NCBI GenBank assembly: GCA_963668275.2
Contig: OY764155.1
Coordinates: 2,501,219 to 2,565,218, forward strand
Origin: Dehalococcoidia bacterium
GTDB lineage: Bacteria; Chloroflexota; Dehalococcoidia; Lucifugimonadales; UBA1123
Direction of reading: 5' to 3'
Length of the DNA: 64,000 nt
A program made the position numbers and the translations under genes. Of this stretch, positions 44,301 to 51,699 are shown in pieces; positions within the stretch are counted from its first letter, which is position 1, and every line of letters starts with the position of its first letter. The notes beneath the pieces were generated by a model, which searched no databases, was not told the DNA's origin, and saw nothing but the letters and a program-made list of their open reading frames with translations.

Positions 44301-47016
44301 CAACGCCATTGACTCGGTGTCCTTCACCACCACCGCCTACGGCGACCGCGACACGAGCAAGGAGTTCAGCCTGGACGACAACAACATCAATGTCGGCGGC
44401 ATCTGGTCGAACGGCACAACCATGTGGGTGTCGGACGGGACCTACACCAGCGAGAAAGTGTACGCCTATACCCTGAGCTCCAAGGCGCGCGACACGTCCA
44501 AGGAGTTCAACCTGCACTCCGACAACGGCGCTCCCAAAGATATCTGGTCGAACGGCACAACCATGTGGGTGTCAGACGAGACAGACAACAAGCTGTACGC
44601 CTACACCCTGAGCGGCGGCGCGCGCGACACGAGTAAGGATATCACCCTGAACTCCGCCAACTCCGATATGTACGGCATCTGGTCGGACGGCTCCACCATG
44701 TGGGTAGCGGACCAAACAGACAATAAGCTGTACGCCTACACCCTGAGCGGCGGCGCGCGCGACACGAGTAAGGATATCACCCTGACCAACAGCGCCAACC
44801 TTCCCTCCGGCGTCTGGTCGGACGGCGTTACCATCTGGGTAGCGTCCTATTATGGCCAAAAGGTTCACACCCACATCCTGGCTACCGACGCGCGCCAAAC
44901 GTCCAAGGAGTACAGCCTGGAGAGCGGCGTCAACGCCATCGGCGTCTGGTCGGACGGCGTTACCATGTGGGTGGGGGAACAAAGTGGCCCCAAGCTGTAC
45001 GCCTACCACGCTCATCCGCCCACCAAAGGGCTGACGGCCACCGGCGTCGGCCACAACCGCGCCACGCTGAACATCAAAGGGCACACAGGCGACTGGTGGT
45101 ACAAGCGTACCGCGCCCTCCACCACCGGCTGCGGCAAGGTCTCGGCCGGCGCGACCTCGGCCACCCTCTCCGGCCTGACCTCCGCCACGTCCTACACCTA
45201 CAAGGCGTACGACAAGAGCGGCTGCGGGAGCGCCGACGAGATAGCCAGCGTGTCGTTCACCACGACGTCGCTGACCGCCGACGATCCTTCGGCGACCACC
45301 ATGCGGCTGACCATCGCCAACCACACCGGGGACTGGTACTACAAGTACACGTCGCCCTCCGGCGGGCAATGCTCAACCAAAGTTGCCGGAGCGTCCGCCA
45401 GGGCCACCGGGCTTGCCATCAACCAGTCGCACACCTTCGCGGCGTACAGCGACAGTAATTGCTCGAACCTGCTGACGTCGGCAAGTTCGCTGTCCACCTT
45501 GAACCCGTCTCTGACGGCGACGGCGGGGAGCAACGCGGGCGAGGCGACCCTGACGCTGTCCAACTGGGTCATTACCGACTTCATATCCGAACCGCCCTGG
45601 GTCGTTGACAAGGACGGCAACTGGCACACTAAGTACACCACGCCTTCGGGCGGGCAGTGCTCGACCCCACAGACGGCGCTGACCGCCACGGTCACCGGCC
45701 TGACCAGCGGTGTAGCGCACACCTTCGCGGCTTACAGCGACAATCAGTGTACGAAGTTGATAGCGACGGCTTCGACGGTTTCGCCGTTAAGCGGCCCGTC
45801 GAACGTGAGCGCCAGCCGCTCCGGCCAGAACGTGGGCGGCCAGGTGGCAAGCGGCGGCAGCATCGTCGCCACCTGGGACCCGATGACCGGGGCCACCGGC
45901 TACGACGTAAGGTACAGTACCGACAGCGGGGCAACCTGGACCAGGGCCACCACCAACCAGCCGGAAACCAGCTACACGCTGACCAACGCCGATAGTTCGC
46001 TGGCCTACATCATCGGGGCGCGGGCGGTCTATGAAGACGGGAGAACGAGCGGCTGGGTGAACTCGAATGAGGTGCCGGCGGGCAGCGCCATATCTCTGCC
46101 CGTGGACATCGGCAGCCCGTCGCTGACCGTCAGCGATAGCGGTTCGGCGTCCTGGACCTATACCGTACCCGAGGGCGCGGAGTATGTTTACACCGAGTTG
46201 CGGTGGGTCGAAACCGCCGGTCGGGAGACCAACGACTGGTCGGGCAAGGAGAACGTGGTCTTCTACGACATCGGCGTAACCACGCGCGACATCGCGGATC
46301 TAACCGCCGGCGTGGAGTACAAAGCCAAGGTGTTCGTCGGCCTGAAGGTGAACGGCGAAAATCAGTACGCCAAATCCAACACGGTGGTCTTCACGCCGCC
46401 GTCATCGCCTCAGCCGCCGCCGCAACAACCGCAGCCGCCGCAACAGCCGCCGGACGCCGTGTCGTCCGTAACGGCGACGCGCGACGGCGCGAACGTCACC
46501 GCAAGCTGGGACGCCGCGAACGGCGCGACCAAATACCACGTCACCAAGACCGACGACGGCGGCGCTAGCTGGACGCTGGTGTCCAAGGCCCAGTCGTCAA
46601 CGACGGCGACGTTCGCCGCCGATTCCGGCAAAGCGTACATAGTCGGCGTCCGCGCGGGCAACGACGCGGGCTGGAGCGGATGGGTGAACTCCAACAGCGT
46701 TCCCGCGGTGTCGTCAGGTCCGCCCGGCAACGTCGCTTCAGTATCGGCGCTCCACAAGGGCGACAGCGTGGTCGCGTCCTGGAAGGCAGCGGGCGGGGCC
46801 ACCGGCTACGACGTGGTGTACTCCACCGACGGCGGAGCCAGCTGGGCCAGGGCCGCGACCAATCATGGCGAAACCACCTACACGCTAACCGGAGCGAACA
46901 GCGCCAAGACGTACATCATCGGAGTGCGCGCGGTCAACGCCGCCGGCGAAAGCGCCTGGACCAACTCGCTCCCGGCGTCGCCGTCCGAAGACCAAGCCTC
47001 CATCACCGGCCAGTAG
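38392..47016 (+). CDS. giant secreted repeat protein (2,874 aa): beta-sandwich modules, two WSDG propeller-like blocks, Cys-containing FN3-like modules, FN3 domains
   Basis: N-terminal signal/anchor (ILFVLASIALAVIAGLVALSLF). Uninterrupted 8.6-kb ORF with a strongly modular Thr/Ser/Asp-rich sequence. Confidence 0.85.
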   Translation: MNSQSRTSPSVLARRILFVLASIALAVIAGLVALSLFTGPSTVSAKSPGLVIEGDIVSGSDIILMENAWRSYTVRLASQPLTDVTVTLSPHEDYNQKVHAQWGSSSNPSVKTTTFTADNWNTPQTVQVWGWGDHNEVTDREVITHVARDDGKSSTVARLYAYIQDQTGPAVTLPTPTATPVATATPAPKVSIIVTTPDEYVEDRKDSNGDIFKGMRVAKGGSATFGIRLGSKPTADVPVELYEYGDSLGTIHYDPGSVTFTPDDWDTDQTITVSSTNTPEGRSGNSADLLIRTGDTDDTSGYYNLLPWVYHRVYEIEPPAIRLQPTAVTVDEGSSYSYSVWLNTQPTADVTVTIAGGSGDSDLTVSPTTLTFTTANWDYTQSVRVSAAHDDDLANGSRTFSHTASSNDTSYDGLSISLTATEKEDDSASIVVSATSVSVPEGATAGYNVRLSNEPSGDVTVTLSATGDSNITLSAASLDFTSSNWRVAKTVTLTAAEDTDDLNGTKAIRHTASGADFGGAPAVAVTATEADNDRRGLAVKRPGWPLTINPTTWDPVIAEGGSYSYTVKLGTEPTADVTVALSASGDPDVSVLPTSLIFNSGNYSTAQTVTISAAHDDTDYADDTATVSHTVSSQDSFYVEQSIGDVAVTVEDDDANIILSTTTLTVPEGGSASYTVGLTNKPTADVTVTIAEGTTAPHDDTSIRVSSPSNKNLTFTPDNWDTPQTVTLRANSDSDRNANNHEFNGTRAITHTASGATEFVGVSGSLIATERDSQARVLTRNSANSNISSLTVVEETTSTYAVSLNAQPAANVTVTLAEATSGNYTDADITVANPSSKTLTFTPQNYATAQTVTLSAAADQDMADGRRTITHTASDAGSTHSGYGSVNGSAIAKDITAREDDNDTGGLEFADSGGSAVTALSVPENGSATYKVRLTHKPNGNVNVSVRGATGDNNDTDITVRDTNDSQNGNQTGSIRFTANNWDTYRSVTLAAADDDDNDNGSRAINHTANGGGYSNVTGSVTANEVEDDAAIVLSKPAITIGEGSTSTYTVKLGTAPTANVTVNLIATGWDTSITIQSPSSGQLTFCPTTSNCASPNTVWSAAQTVTLAAAEDTDGINASRRIRHRAASSDANYNNLVVFLTATEVENDKGILVPGFVDVPEGGSATADVSLHVQPTHDVTVTITENTTGWGIDPDITVTSPSSKTLTFTSSNWNIAQTVTLSAAQDDDFDGGSRNINFSAASTDAGYQGASALLFAIEEDDDVGLVLNPATVSVNEAGVGTYRIRLSHKPVGDVYVSVRVATGSGQDTDITVKDTDDSQNGDQTGSIRFTTTNWNTYRTVTLAAREDNDIVNGSRTINHTASGGRYNGVTGTVTATEVENDYTIVLSKSAVTIDEGSTATYTAMLATQPTANVTVTVAGATTGRYTDTDITAAPSSLAFTSTTWNTAQTVTLTAANDRDRSDGSRTITHTATSTDANYNNLAVSLLASEEDDDSPGDRDTLRDLTLNSSNSYPYDIWSDGTTMYVMDDSDDKVYAYTLSGGARDTSKEFDLHSANSNPKGIWSDGTTIWVADRTDRKLYAYTLSGGARNTSKEFNLFSGNHSAVGIWSNGATMYVANDSSWGADRVYAYNLSSGTRDTTKEFALHSDNTNVEGIWSDGVTIWTSDDSDDKLYAYTLSSGARNTSREFALHSDNGDPTGIWSDSATIWVADYSDGKLYTYHSPPLTRSLSADDATASSMRLTIAWHTGNWWYKYTSPSGGQCSANPVTTASTRVTGLAPDRTYTFAAYSDSSCSSSKLLATASALETRGSRLTLSNFSTTTNAYDVTLTLANWVISKDGNWYYKTQLSGSRGNCVQASTNPYTVDDFSFSANETHTFSAYSDSACGSASKIASAPSFKPSDGTPALAAGSITLTGATLTLSNFSGAWWHNSGYGATGCARASSNTATLSDLAAGKSYTYYAFSASGCAQANAIDSVSFTTTAYGDRDTSKEFSLDDNNINVGGIWSNGTTMWVSDGTYTSEKVYAYTLSSKARDTSKEFNLHSDNGAPKDIWSNGTTMWVSDETDNKLYAYTLSGGARDTSKDITLNSANSDMYGIWSDGSTMWVADQTDNKLYAYTLSGGARDTSKDITLTNSANLPSGVWSDGVTIWVASYYGQKVHTHILATDARQTSKEYSLESGVNAIGVWSDGVTMWVGEQSGPKLYAYHAHPPTKGLTATGVGHNRATLNIKGHTGDWWYKRTAPSTTGCGKVSAGATSATLSGLTSATSYTYKAYDKSGCGSADEIASVSFTTTSLTADDPSATTMRLTIANHTGDWYYKYTSPSGGQCSTKVAGASARATGLAINQSHTFAAYSDSNCSNLLTSASSLSTLNPSLTATAGSNAGEATLTLSNWVITDFISEPPWVVDKDGNWHTKYTTPSGGQCSTPQTALTATVTGLTSGVAHTFAAYSDNQCTKLIATASTVSPLSGPSNVSASRSGQNVGGQVASGGSIVATWDPMTGATGYDVRYSTDSGATWTRATTNQPETSYTLTNADSSLAYIIGARAVYEDGRTSGWVNSNEVPAGSAISLPVDIGSPSLTVSDSGSASWTYTVPEGAEYVYTELRWVETAGRETNDWSGKENVVFYDIGVTTRDIADLTAGVEYKAKVFVGLKVNGENQYAKSNTVVFTPPSSPQPPPQQPQPPQQPPDAVSSVTATRDGANVTASWDAANGATKYHVTKTDDGGASWTLVSKAQSSTTATFAADSGKAYIVGVRAGNDAGWSGWVNSNSVPAVSSGPPGNVASVSALHKGDSVVASWKAAGGATGYDVVYSTDGGASWARAATNHGETTYTLTGANSAKTYIIGVRAVNAAGESAWTNSLPASPSEDQASITGQ
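38539..42876 (+). repeat. 12 tandem ~105-125-aa beta-sandwich-like modules
   Basis: Recurring P(T/S)A(D/N)VTVT(L/I), then TF(T)..NW(D/N)T.QTVT(L/V), then A.DDD..NG, then I.HTAS. Modules 8-9 (41104-41835) closely parallel modules 11-12 (42181-42867). Confidence 0.7.
42880..44331 (+). repeat. super-module copy 1: five ~46-aa WSDG blades plus three WWYK/Cys modules
   Basis: GIWSDGTTIWVAD..KLYAYTLSGGAR.TSKEF occurs five times, followed by three ~80-95-aa modules such as LTIAWHTGNWWYKYTSPSGGQCS...YTFAAYSDSSCS. Confidence 0.75.
44332..45786 (+). repeat. super-module copy 2 (same order and size as copy 1)
   Basis: Five GIWS(N/D)GTTMWV blades, then three modules (HTGDWWYKRT..GCG, HTGDWYYKYTSPSGGQCS, GNWHTKYTTPSGGQCS). 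Confidence 0.75.
45793..47013 (+). repeat. four FN3-like domains with a PQ-rich linker
   Basis: ATWDPMTGATGYDVRYSTDSGATW, ASWDAANGATKYHVTKTDDGGASW and ASWKAAGGATGYDVVYSTDGGASW. Linker PPSSPQPPPQQPQPPQQPP at 46396-46455. Confidence 0.7.
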
Positions 47017-47058
47017 GCCGCGCGGCCGTCGGACGCGAGCGGCTGAACCAACTCTGAT

Positions 47059-47098
47059 ACTATAAGGGCCGCCCCATTGCCGGGGCGGCCCTTATAGT
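47059..47098 (+). terminator. 17-bp perfect-stem hairpin after the giant gene (no U-tract)
   Basis: actataagggccgcccc (47059-47075) pairs with ggggcggcccttatagt (47082-47098). Lies 43 nt after the stop. Confidence 0.45.
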
Positions 47099-47165
47099 CC
47101 GCGCCGGTCCGCCCAATCGCCTCAGGTTCGAGGGTCTTTCGATTATTCCCCGTGTCGTTCGCCCT

Positions 47166-47356
47166 GAGCTTGTCGAAGGGAGCTTGTCGAAGGGCCGCCC
47201 GTTCATCGTTCGCCCTGAGCTTGTCGAAGGGAGCTTGTCGAAGGGAGCTTGTCGAAGGGAGCTTGTCGAAGGGAGCTTGTCGAAGGGAGCTTGTCGAAGG
47301 GAGCTTGTCGAAGGGAGCTTGTCGAAGGGAGCTTGTCGAAGGGAGCTTGTCGAAGG
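47166..47356 (+). repeat. 14-bp microsatellite gagcttgtcgaagg: 2 copies, spacer, then 10 perfect copies
   Basis: Copies at 47166-47193 and 47217-47356, all identical. Both blocks are preceded by cgttcgccct and followed by gccgcc, i.e. an expansion inside a REP-like unit. Confidence 0.9.
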
Positions 47357-47487
47357 GCCGCCACGAACGTAATTGGTTGATAATCGAAATATCCGCTGCC
47401 TTCCCTTCCCCTCCACACCCTCTTTGCGCTATAATGCGAACATACAAACTAGACAAGGAGCGATGACCGCGATGACTCTGAGCGCCA

Positions 47488-47640
47488 ATATACATAAATG
47501 CGAAATTATACAACCCGGACTCTGGGAGTGGAAAAAATTTTTCCATAGCTAACAACAGGTGATTACAGGTCACTTTCCGCGTGGACCCTATCCAGTCCCA
47601 CTTGGAAACTCACTTGAAACCCCACCAGTACGACATAAAG
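47488..47640 (+). promoter_or_regulatory. conserved 5'-leader / ncRNA-like module, copy 3 (upstream of tyrS)
   Basis: atatacataaa (47488) and catagctaa (47544) are 56 nt apart. Palindrome ggaaaaaatttttcc just before catagctaa. Preceded by cgctataat (47427-47435). Confidence 0.4.
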
Positions 47641-47815
47641 GGTAATTTATGACCATGCCGATTCCGTCCCAAACCTACGACTCTGACAAGCGCCGCGCGC
47701 GAATAACCAAAGACCCTACGCATCGAAGGTAGAATATGGACAACGGAAAGCGAACTCTGCGATACTCGCAGACAAGAGTAGCGAGACTCATGGCACGCGA
47801 CGGAGGATTAGCGCT

Positions 47816-49138
47816 ATGGTGGCAGCCGCCCAAACCACTCATTCGATAGTTGACGAACTCCGAGGCAGGGGCCTGATTCACGTCACGGACGACGGCCAGG
47901 AGTTGTTCACGCCCGGACTGGATGAGATCCTGGCGCGTGAGAAGGTTACGGGGTATATCGGCTTCGACCCGTCCGCGGACAGCCTGCACATCGGAAACCT
48001 GCTTGGGATCATGATGCTGGTGCGGATGCAGAAGGTCGGCCACAGGCCAATCGCGATTGCGGGCGGCGGCACCGGACTCATCGGCGATCCGGGGGGCAAG
48101 TCCGAAGAACGCCCGCTGCTCACGCGGGAGGTCTTGCAGAAGAATCTGGAGGGAATCAGGGCGCAGTTGGCGCGGTTCCTGGACTTCGACGCGAAGGACA
48201 ACGCCGCGCTGCTCATCAACAACGCGGACTGGCTGGAAGAGATAAACGCGATTGATTTCATGCGGGACGTGGGCAAGCACTTCAGCGTCAACTATATGCT
48301 GGCGAAAGAGTCGGTTCGCAGCCGAATGACGGACGGAATATCGTACACCGAGTTCAGCTATATGCTGCTGCAAGCCTACGACTTCCTGACGCTGTACGAT
48401 AGACACGGCTGCCTTCTCCAGATGGGGGGAAGCGACCAGTGGGGCAACATCACGGCCGGGGTTGACCTGATTCGCCGGGTGCGCGGAGTTTCGGCGCACG
48501 CGCTGGTCACGCCGCTGGTCACCAAGTCGGACGGAACGAAGTTCGGCAAGACCGAGGGCGGCTCGGTGTGGCTGGACGCGGACAAGACCTCGCCGTTCCA
48601 GTTCTACCAGTTCTGGCTGAACACGGCGGACGCGGACGTCGTTCAGTTCCTGAAATACTACACGCTTCTTCCTCTGGAAGAGATCAGCGGGTTTGAAGAA
48701 GAAGTCTCGGAGCGTCCGGAGAGGCGCGAGGCGCAGCAGAAACTCGCCGCCGAGGTCACTCGCATGACGCACGGCGAGTCGGGTCTTCAGACAGCGCTGG
48801 CGGCGACGGACGTGCTCTTCGGTGGAGATATTTCAGGTCTGAGCGCGGACGAACTTCTGGACGTGTTCCAGGATGTTCCGTCCTCGTCGCTGCCGCGCGA
48901 GCGGTTCGAGGGGGAAGGGATGCAACTGCGCGATCTGGTTGCCGACGTGGGCCTGGCGTCTTCGCGCGGCGAAGCCCGGCGTCTCATCCGGGGCGGCGGC
49001 GTCTCGCTGAACAACCGGCGCGCGTCGGACGCCAGACAGGTTGTCACTGTTGAGGATTCCGTTGAGGGCAGGGTGATCGTGTTGAGGCGAGGGGCCAGGC
49101 AGTATCAGCTTGTGAGGCTGGAAAATAGGCGTCCATAG
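47816..49138 (+). CDS. tyrS: tyrosine-tRNA ligase
   Basis: [16 protein letters not shown] (HIGH), KFGKTEGG (KMSKS-type) and a C-terminal S4 domain. GGAGG lies 9 nt before the ATG. Confidence 0.95.
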   Translation: MVAAAQTTHSIVDELRGRGLIHVTDDGQELFTPGLDEILAREKVTGYIGFDPSADSLHIGNLLGIMMLVRMQKVGHRPIAIAGGGTGLIGDPGGKSEERPLLTREVLQKNLEGIRAQLARFLDFDAKDNAALLINNADWLEEINAIDFMRDVGKHFSVNYMLAKESVRSRMTDGISYTEFSYMLLQAYDFLTLYDRHGCLLQMGGSDQWGNITAGVDLIRRVRGVSAHALVTPLVTKSDGTKFGKTEGGSVWLDADKTSPFQFYQFWLNTADADVVQFLKYYTLLPLEEISGFEEEVSERPERREAQQKLAAEVTRMTHGESGLQTALAATDVLFGGDISGLSADELLDVFQDVPSSSLPRERFEGEGMQLRDLVADVGLASSRGEARRLIRGGGVSLNNRRASDARQVVTVEDSVEGRVIVLRRGARQYQLVRLENRRP

Positions 49139-49215
49139 TTGAGGTTCTGCCCGGATTCTCAACGCCAGGCGCTCGATAAGACTATTCTATTCGTCAACCA
49201 GGGGAGAGTTAGCTG

Positions 49216-50736
49216 TTGCTGGCCAAAGTGAAGTCGTGCGCGGTTTTCGGTCTTGACGGATTCGTCGTTGACGTGGAGGTGGACATTTCGCCCGGCCTGC
49301 CGCGCTTCGACGTCGTGGGGCTGCCGGACACTGCGGTGCAGGAAGCGAGGGCGAGGGTGAGGGCCGCGATCCGCAACTCGGGCTACGAGTTCCCGCTGCA
49401 CCGAATCACGGCGAATCTTGCCCCTGCGGACGTGAGAAAGGCCGGCTCGACTTACGACCTGCCGCTCGCGGTCGCGCTGCTCCAGAGTTCGGGCCAGGTT
49501 CCGCCGGTCGCTGGAGATTCGATGTTCATAGGCCAGTTGTCTCTGAACGGAGACCTCCTTCATACCGATGGCGTCCTGCCAATGGCCGCGCTGGCCAGGG
49601 AATCGGGCGTTAGCAAGGTGTTCGTTCCGTGGCCGGACGGGCAGGAAGCGGCGTTGGTGGAGGGAGTCGAGGTCTTTCCGGTCAGAAATCTGTCCGACCT
49701 GATTCGGCACATGATCGGCGAGAATAGCCTGAAGCGGGTCACCTGGGACGGGACGGCGCAAGTTGAAACGCAGGCCGACAGCGCTTTCGACATTTCCACG
49801 ATACGGGGTCAGGAACAGTCCAAGCGCGCGCTGGAAGTGGCGGCGGCCGGCAGCCACAATCTACTGATGAGCGGGCCGCCGGGTTCGGGGAAGACGCTGC
49901 TGGCGCGGACGCTGCCGACGATATTGCCGTCGCTTACCCACGAAGAGGCGATAGATGTTACCAAGATATATTCTATCGCCGACTCGCTCACACGAGATAG
50001 CCCACTCATTACCGAAAGACCCTTCAGAGCGCCGCACCACACGATCTCTTACGCCGGACTTGTCGGAGGGGGGAGCGTCCCGAGGCCGGGCGAAATCACG
50101 ATGAGTCATCGTGGAGTGCTGTTCCTGGATGAACTGCCGGAGTTCGGGCACCGGATCCTGGAGGCTATGAGGCAGCCGCTGGAGGACAAGCGCGTGGTGA
50201 TAAGCCGGGCGCAAGGGTCGGTAGCCTACCCCGCGAACTTCATGCTGGTGGGCGCCATGAATCCCTGTCCCTGCGGTTACTACGGCGACTCACTGAAACA
50301 GTGTACATGCACAGATTCGCAGGTGTCCCGGTACGGAAAGCGTCTGAGCGGGCCTCTGCTGGACAGGATTGACATCTTCGTGGACGTTCCGAGCGTGGAC
50401 TACGAGAAGCTGACCGCGCCGCCCGGAGCCGACAGGTCGAAGAACGTGAGGGCGAGGACGGAACGGGCCCGTGAGATACAGAGAGCGCGATTCGCGGGAA
50501 CGCCGCTGCTGACGAACTCGGAGATGGGGCCGAATGAGGTTCACAGGCACTGCCAGTTGGGTGAGCAGGCGTCCGGGATGATGGGTTCGGCGATGCGGCA
50601 GATGAACCTGTCGGCGCGGGTGTATCACCGAGTGCTGAAGCTGTCGCGCACGATAGCGGACCTGGCCGGCTCGGAGACCATCGAGGTGGAGCACCTGGCG
50701 GAAGCGTTGCAGTACAGGCCGCCGCAGTGGATTTAG
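49216..50736 (+). CDS. yifB: YifB/ComM-family Mg-chelatase-like ATPase
   Basis: LMSGPPGSGKTLLA Walker A, GVLFLDELPEF Walker B and a CPCGYYGD zinc-like motif. TTG start. Confidence 0.9.
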   Translation: MLAKVKSCAVFGLDGFVVDVEVDISPGLPRFDVVGLPDTAVQEARARVRAAIRNSGYEFPLHRITANLAPADVRKAGSTYDLPLAVALLQSSGQVPPVAGDSMFIGQLSLNGDLLHTDGVLPMAALARESGVSKVFVPWPDGQEAALVEGVEVFPVRNLSDLIRHMIGENSLKRVTWDGTAQVETQADSAFDISTIRGQEQSKRALEVAAAGSHNLLMSGPPGSGKTLLARTLPTILPSLTHEEAIDVTKIYSIADSLTRDSPLITERPFRAPHHTISYAGLVGGGSVPRPGEITMSHRGVLFLDELPEFGHRILEAMRQPLEDKRVVISRAQGSVAYPANFMLVGAMNPCPCGYYGDSLKQCTCTDSQVSRYGKRLSGPLLDRIDIFVDVPSVDYEKLTAPPGADRSKNVRARTERAREIQRARFAGTPLLTNSEMGPNEVHRHCQLGEQASGMMGSAMRQMNLSARVYHRVLKLSRTIADLAGSETIEVEHLAEALQYRPPQWI

Positions 50737-50828
50737 CCGGAATAGCCAGCCGAGGTATAATCGCGAGATCATCAGTGAGGCTATCGTAGTTCAGAGATTC
50801 ATATTCAATAAACAGTTCGGAGGAATAT

Positions 50829-51524
50829 ATGGCGACCTTCATGCTCATACACGGATCATTTCAGGGCGGGTGGATATGGAAGCCGACGGCGGCGGTTCTG
50901 CGGCAGGCGGGGCATGAGGTTTACGCGCCCACGCTGGACGGCTGCGGCGAGCGTCATCACCTCATACGACCGGGCATTACGATAGCGGCGCAGGGGCGTG
51001 AGGTGGCGGAGATGATGTTCTACGAAGACCTGCGTGATGTAGTCCTCGTCGGGACTAGCACGGGCGGGCTGGTGATATGCAAGATAGCGGAGTTGGCGCG
51101 GGAGAGGATAAGCCGCGTCGCGTTCGTTGACGCGCTCGCGCCGCAGCCCGGCGAGCGGGTGTCGGAGATAGTGCAGCGCGACCCGAATACCGCTCCCATG
51201 CCGACGACAGAGTTGACGCGCGGCCCGACGCGGGAGGAGATGGAGAATCGCCTGTTCGCCGACCTGGAGCCGGAGCTGAGGGCCTGGGCGGTGGAGCGAT
51301 GCACGATGCACCCGGTCGAGGCTTCGGACGCGCCGGGCGAACTGGACGCTTTCTGGGCGCAGGAATGGGACGCGCGAGTGATACGCTGCCGCCTGAGCGT
51401 GAATCCGCCGGAGTGGCACCAGCGTCGCACGGCGGAGACGCTGAACGCGGAGTGGCACGAGATGGACGCCGGACACTATCCGATGCTGAGCCACCCGGAG
51501 GAACTGGCGGCGCTTCTTCAGTAG
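50829..51524 (+). CDS. alpha/beta-fold hydrolase (esterase-like)
   Basis: FMLIHGSFQGGWIWKP and nucleophile elbow LVGTSTGG. Confidence 0.75.
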   Translation: MATFMLIHGSFQGGWIWKPTAAVLRQAGHEVYAPTLDGCGERHHLIRPGITIAAQGREVAEMMFYEDLRDVVLVGTSTGGLVICKIAELARERISRVAFVDALAPQPGERVSEIVQRDPNTAPMPTTELTRGPTREEMENRLFADLEPELRAWAVERCTMHPVEASDAPGELDAFWAQEWDARVIRCRLSVNPPEWHQRRTAETLNAEWHEMDAGHYPMLSHPEELAALLQ

Positions 51525-51543
51525 GAAGGCACCCCCATCCTGA

Positions 51544-51685
51544 CCTTCCCCCGTCAAGGGGCTGAGAGGGATAGGCATTTCACCCTCACCCTAACCCTCA
51601 CCCTGAGGGAGAGGGGATCTATTGACTGGAGTTCGTAGCTGATTGGACTTTTGCCTACCCTCGTGATTCCGTCAAGGGGGAAGGG
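51544..51685 (-). repeat. MITE-like composite element, full copy, inverted orientation
   Basis: ccttcccccgtcaaggggctgagagggataggca ... tcaccctcaccctaaccctcaccctgagggagagggg ... tgcctaccctcgtgattccgtcaagggggaagg. Confidence 0.75.
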
Positions 51686-51699
51686 AATTTTGCGCTACG

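Noticed and set aside
47166-47356. Possible CRISPR array, suggested by regularly spaced identical units
   Set aside because: The units are 14 bp and directly abut each other with no spacers. This is a microsatellite, and no cas genes are nearby.
47060-47573. Tracked ORFs translating the 14-bp array and flanks (ELVEGSLSKGACRR or PSTSSLRQAPFDKL repeats)
   Set aside because: The periodic peptides are by-products of a 14-bp (3 x 14 = 42 nt) DNA repeat read in several frames and on both strands, and the region is intergenic.
47795-47835. T-box-like string ATTAGCGCTATGGTGGCAGCCGCC near tyrS
   Set aside because: It overlaps the Shine-Dalgarno-to-start region and the first codons (MVAAAQ) rather than lying in an upstream antiterminator. 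It matches the consensus only partially. A non-canonical T-box cannot be fully excluded without a CM search.
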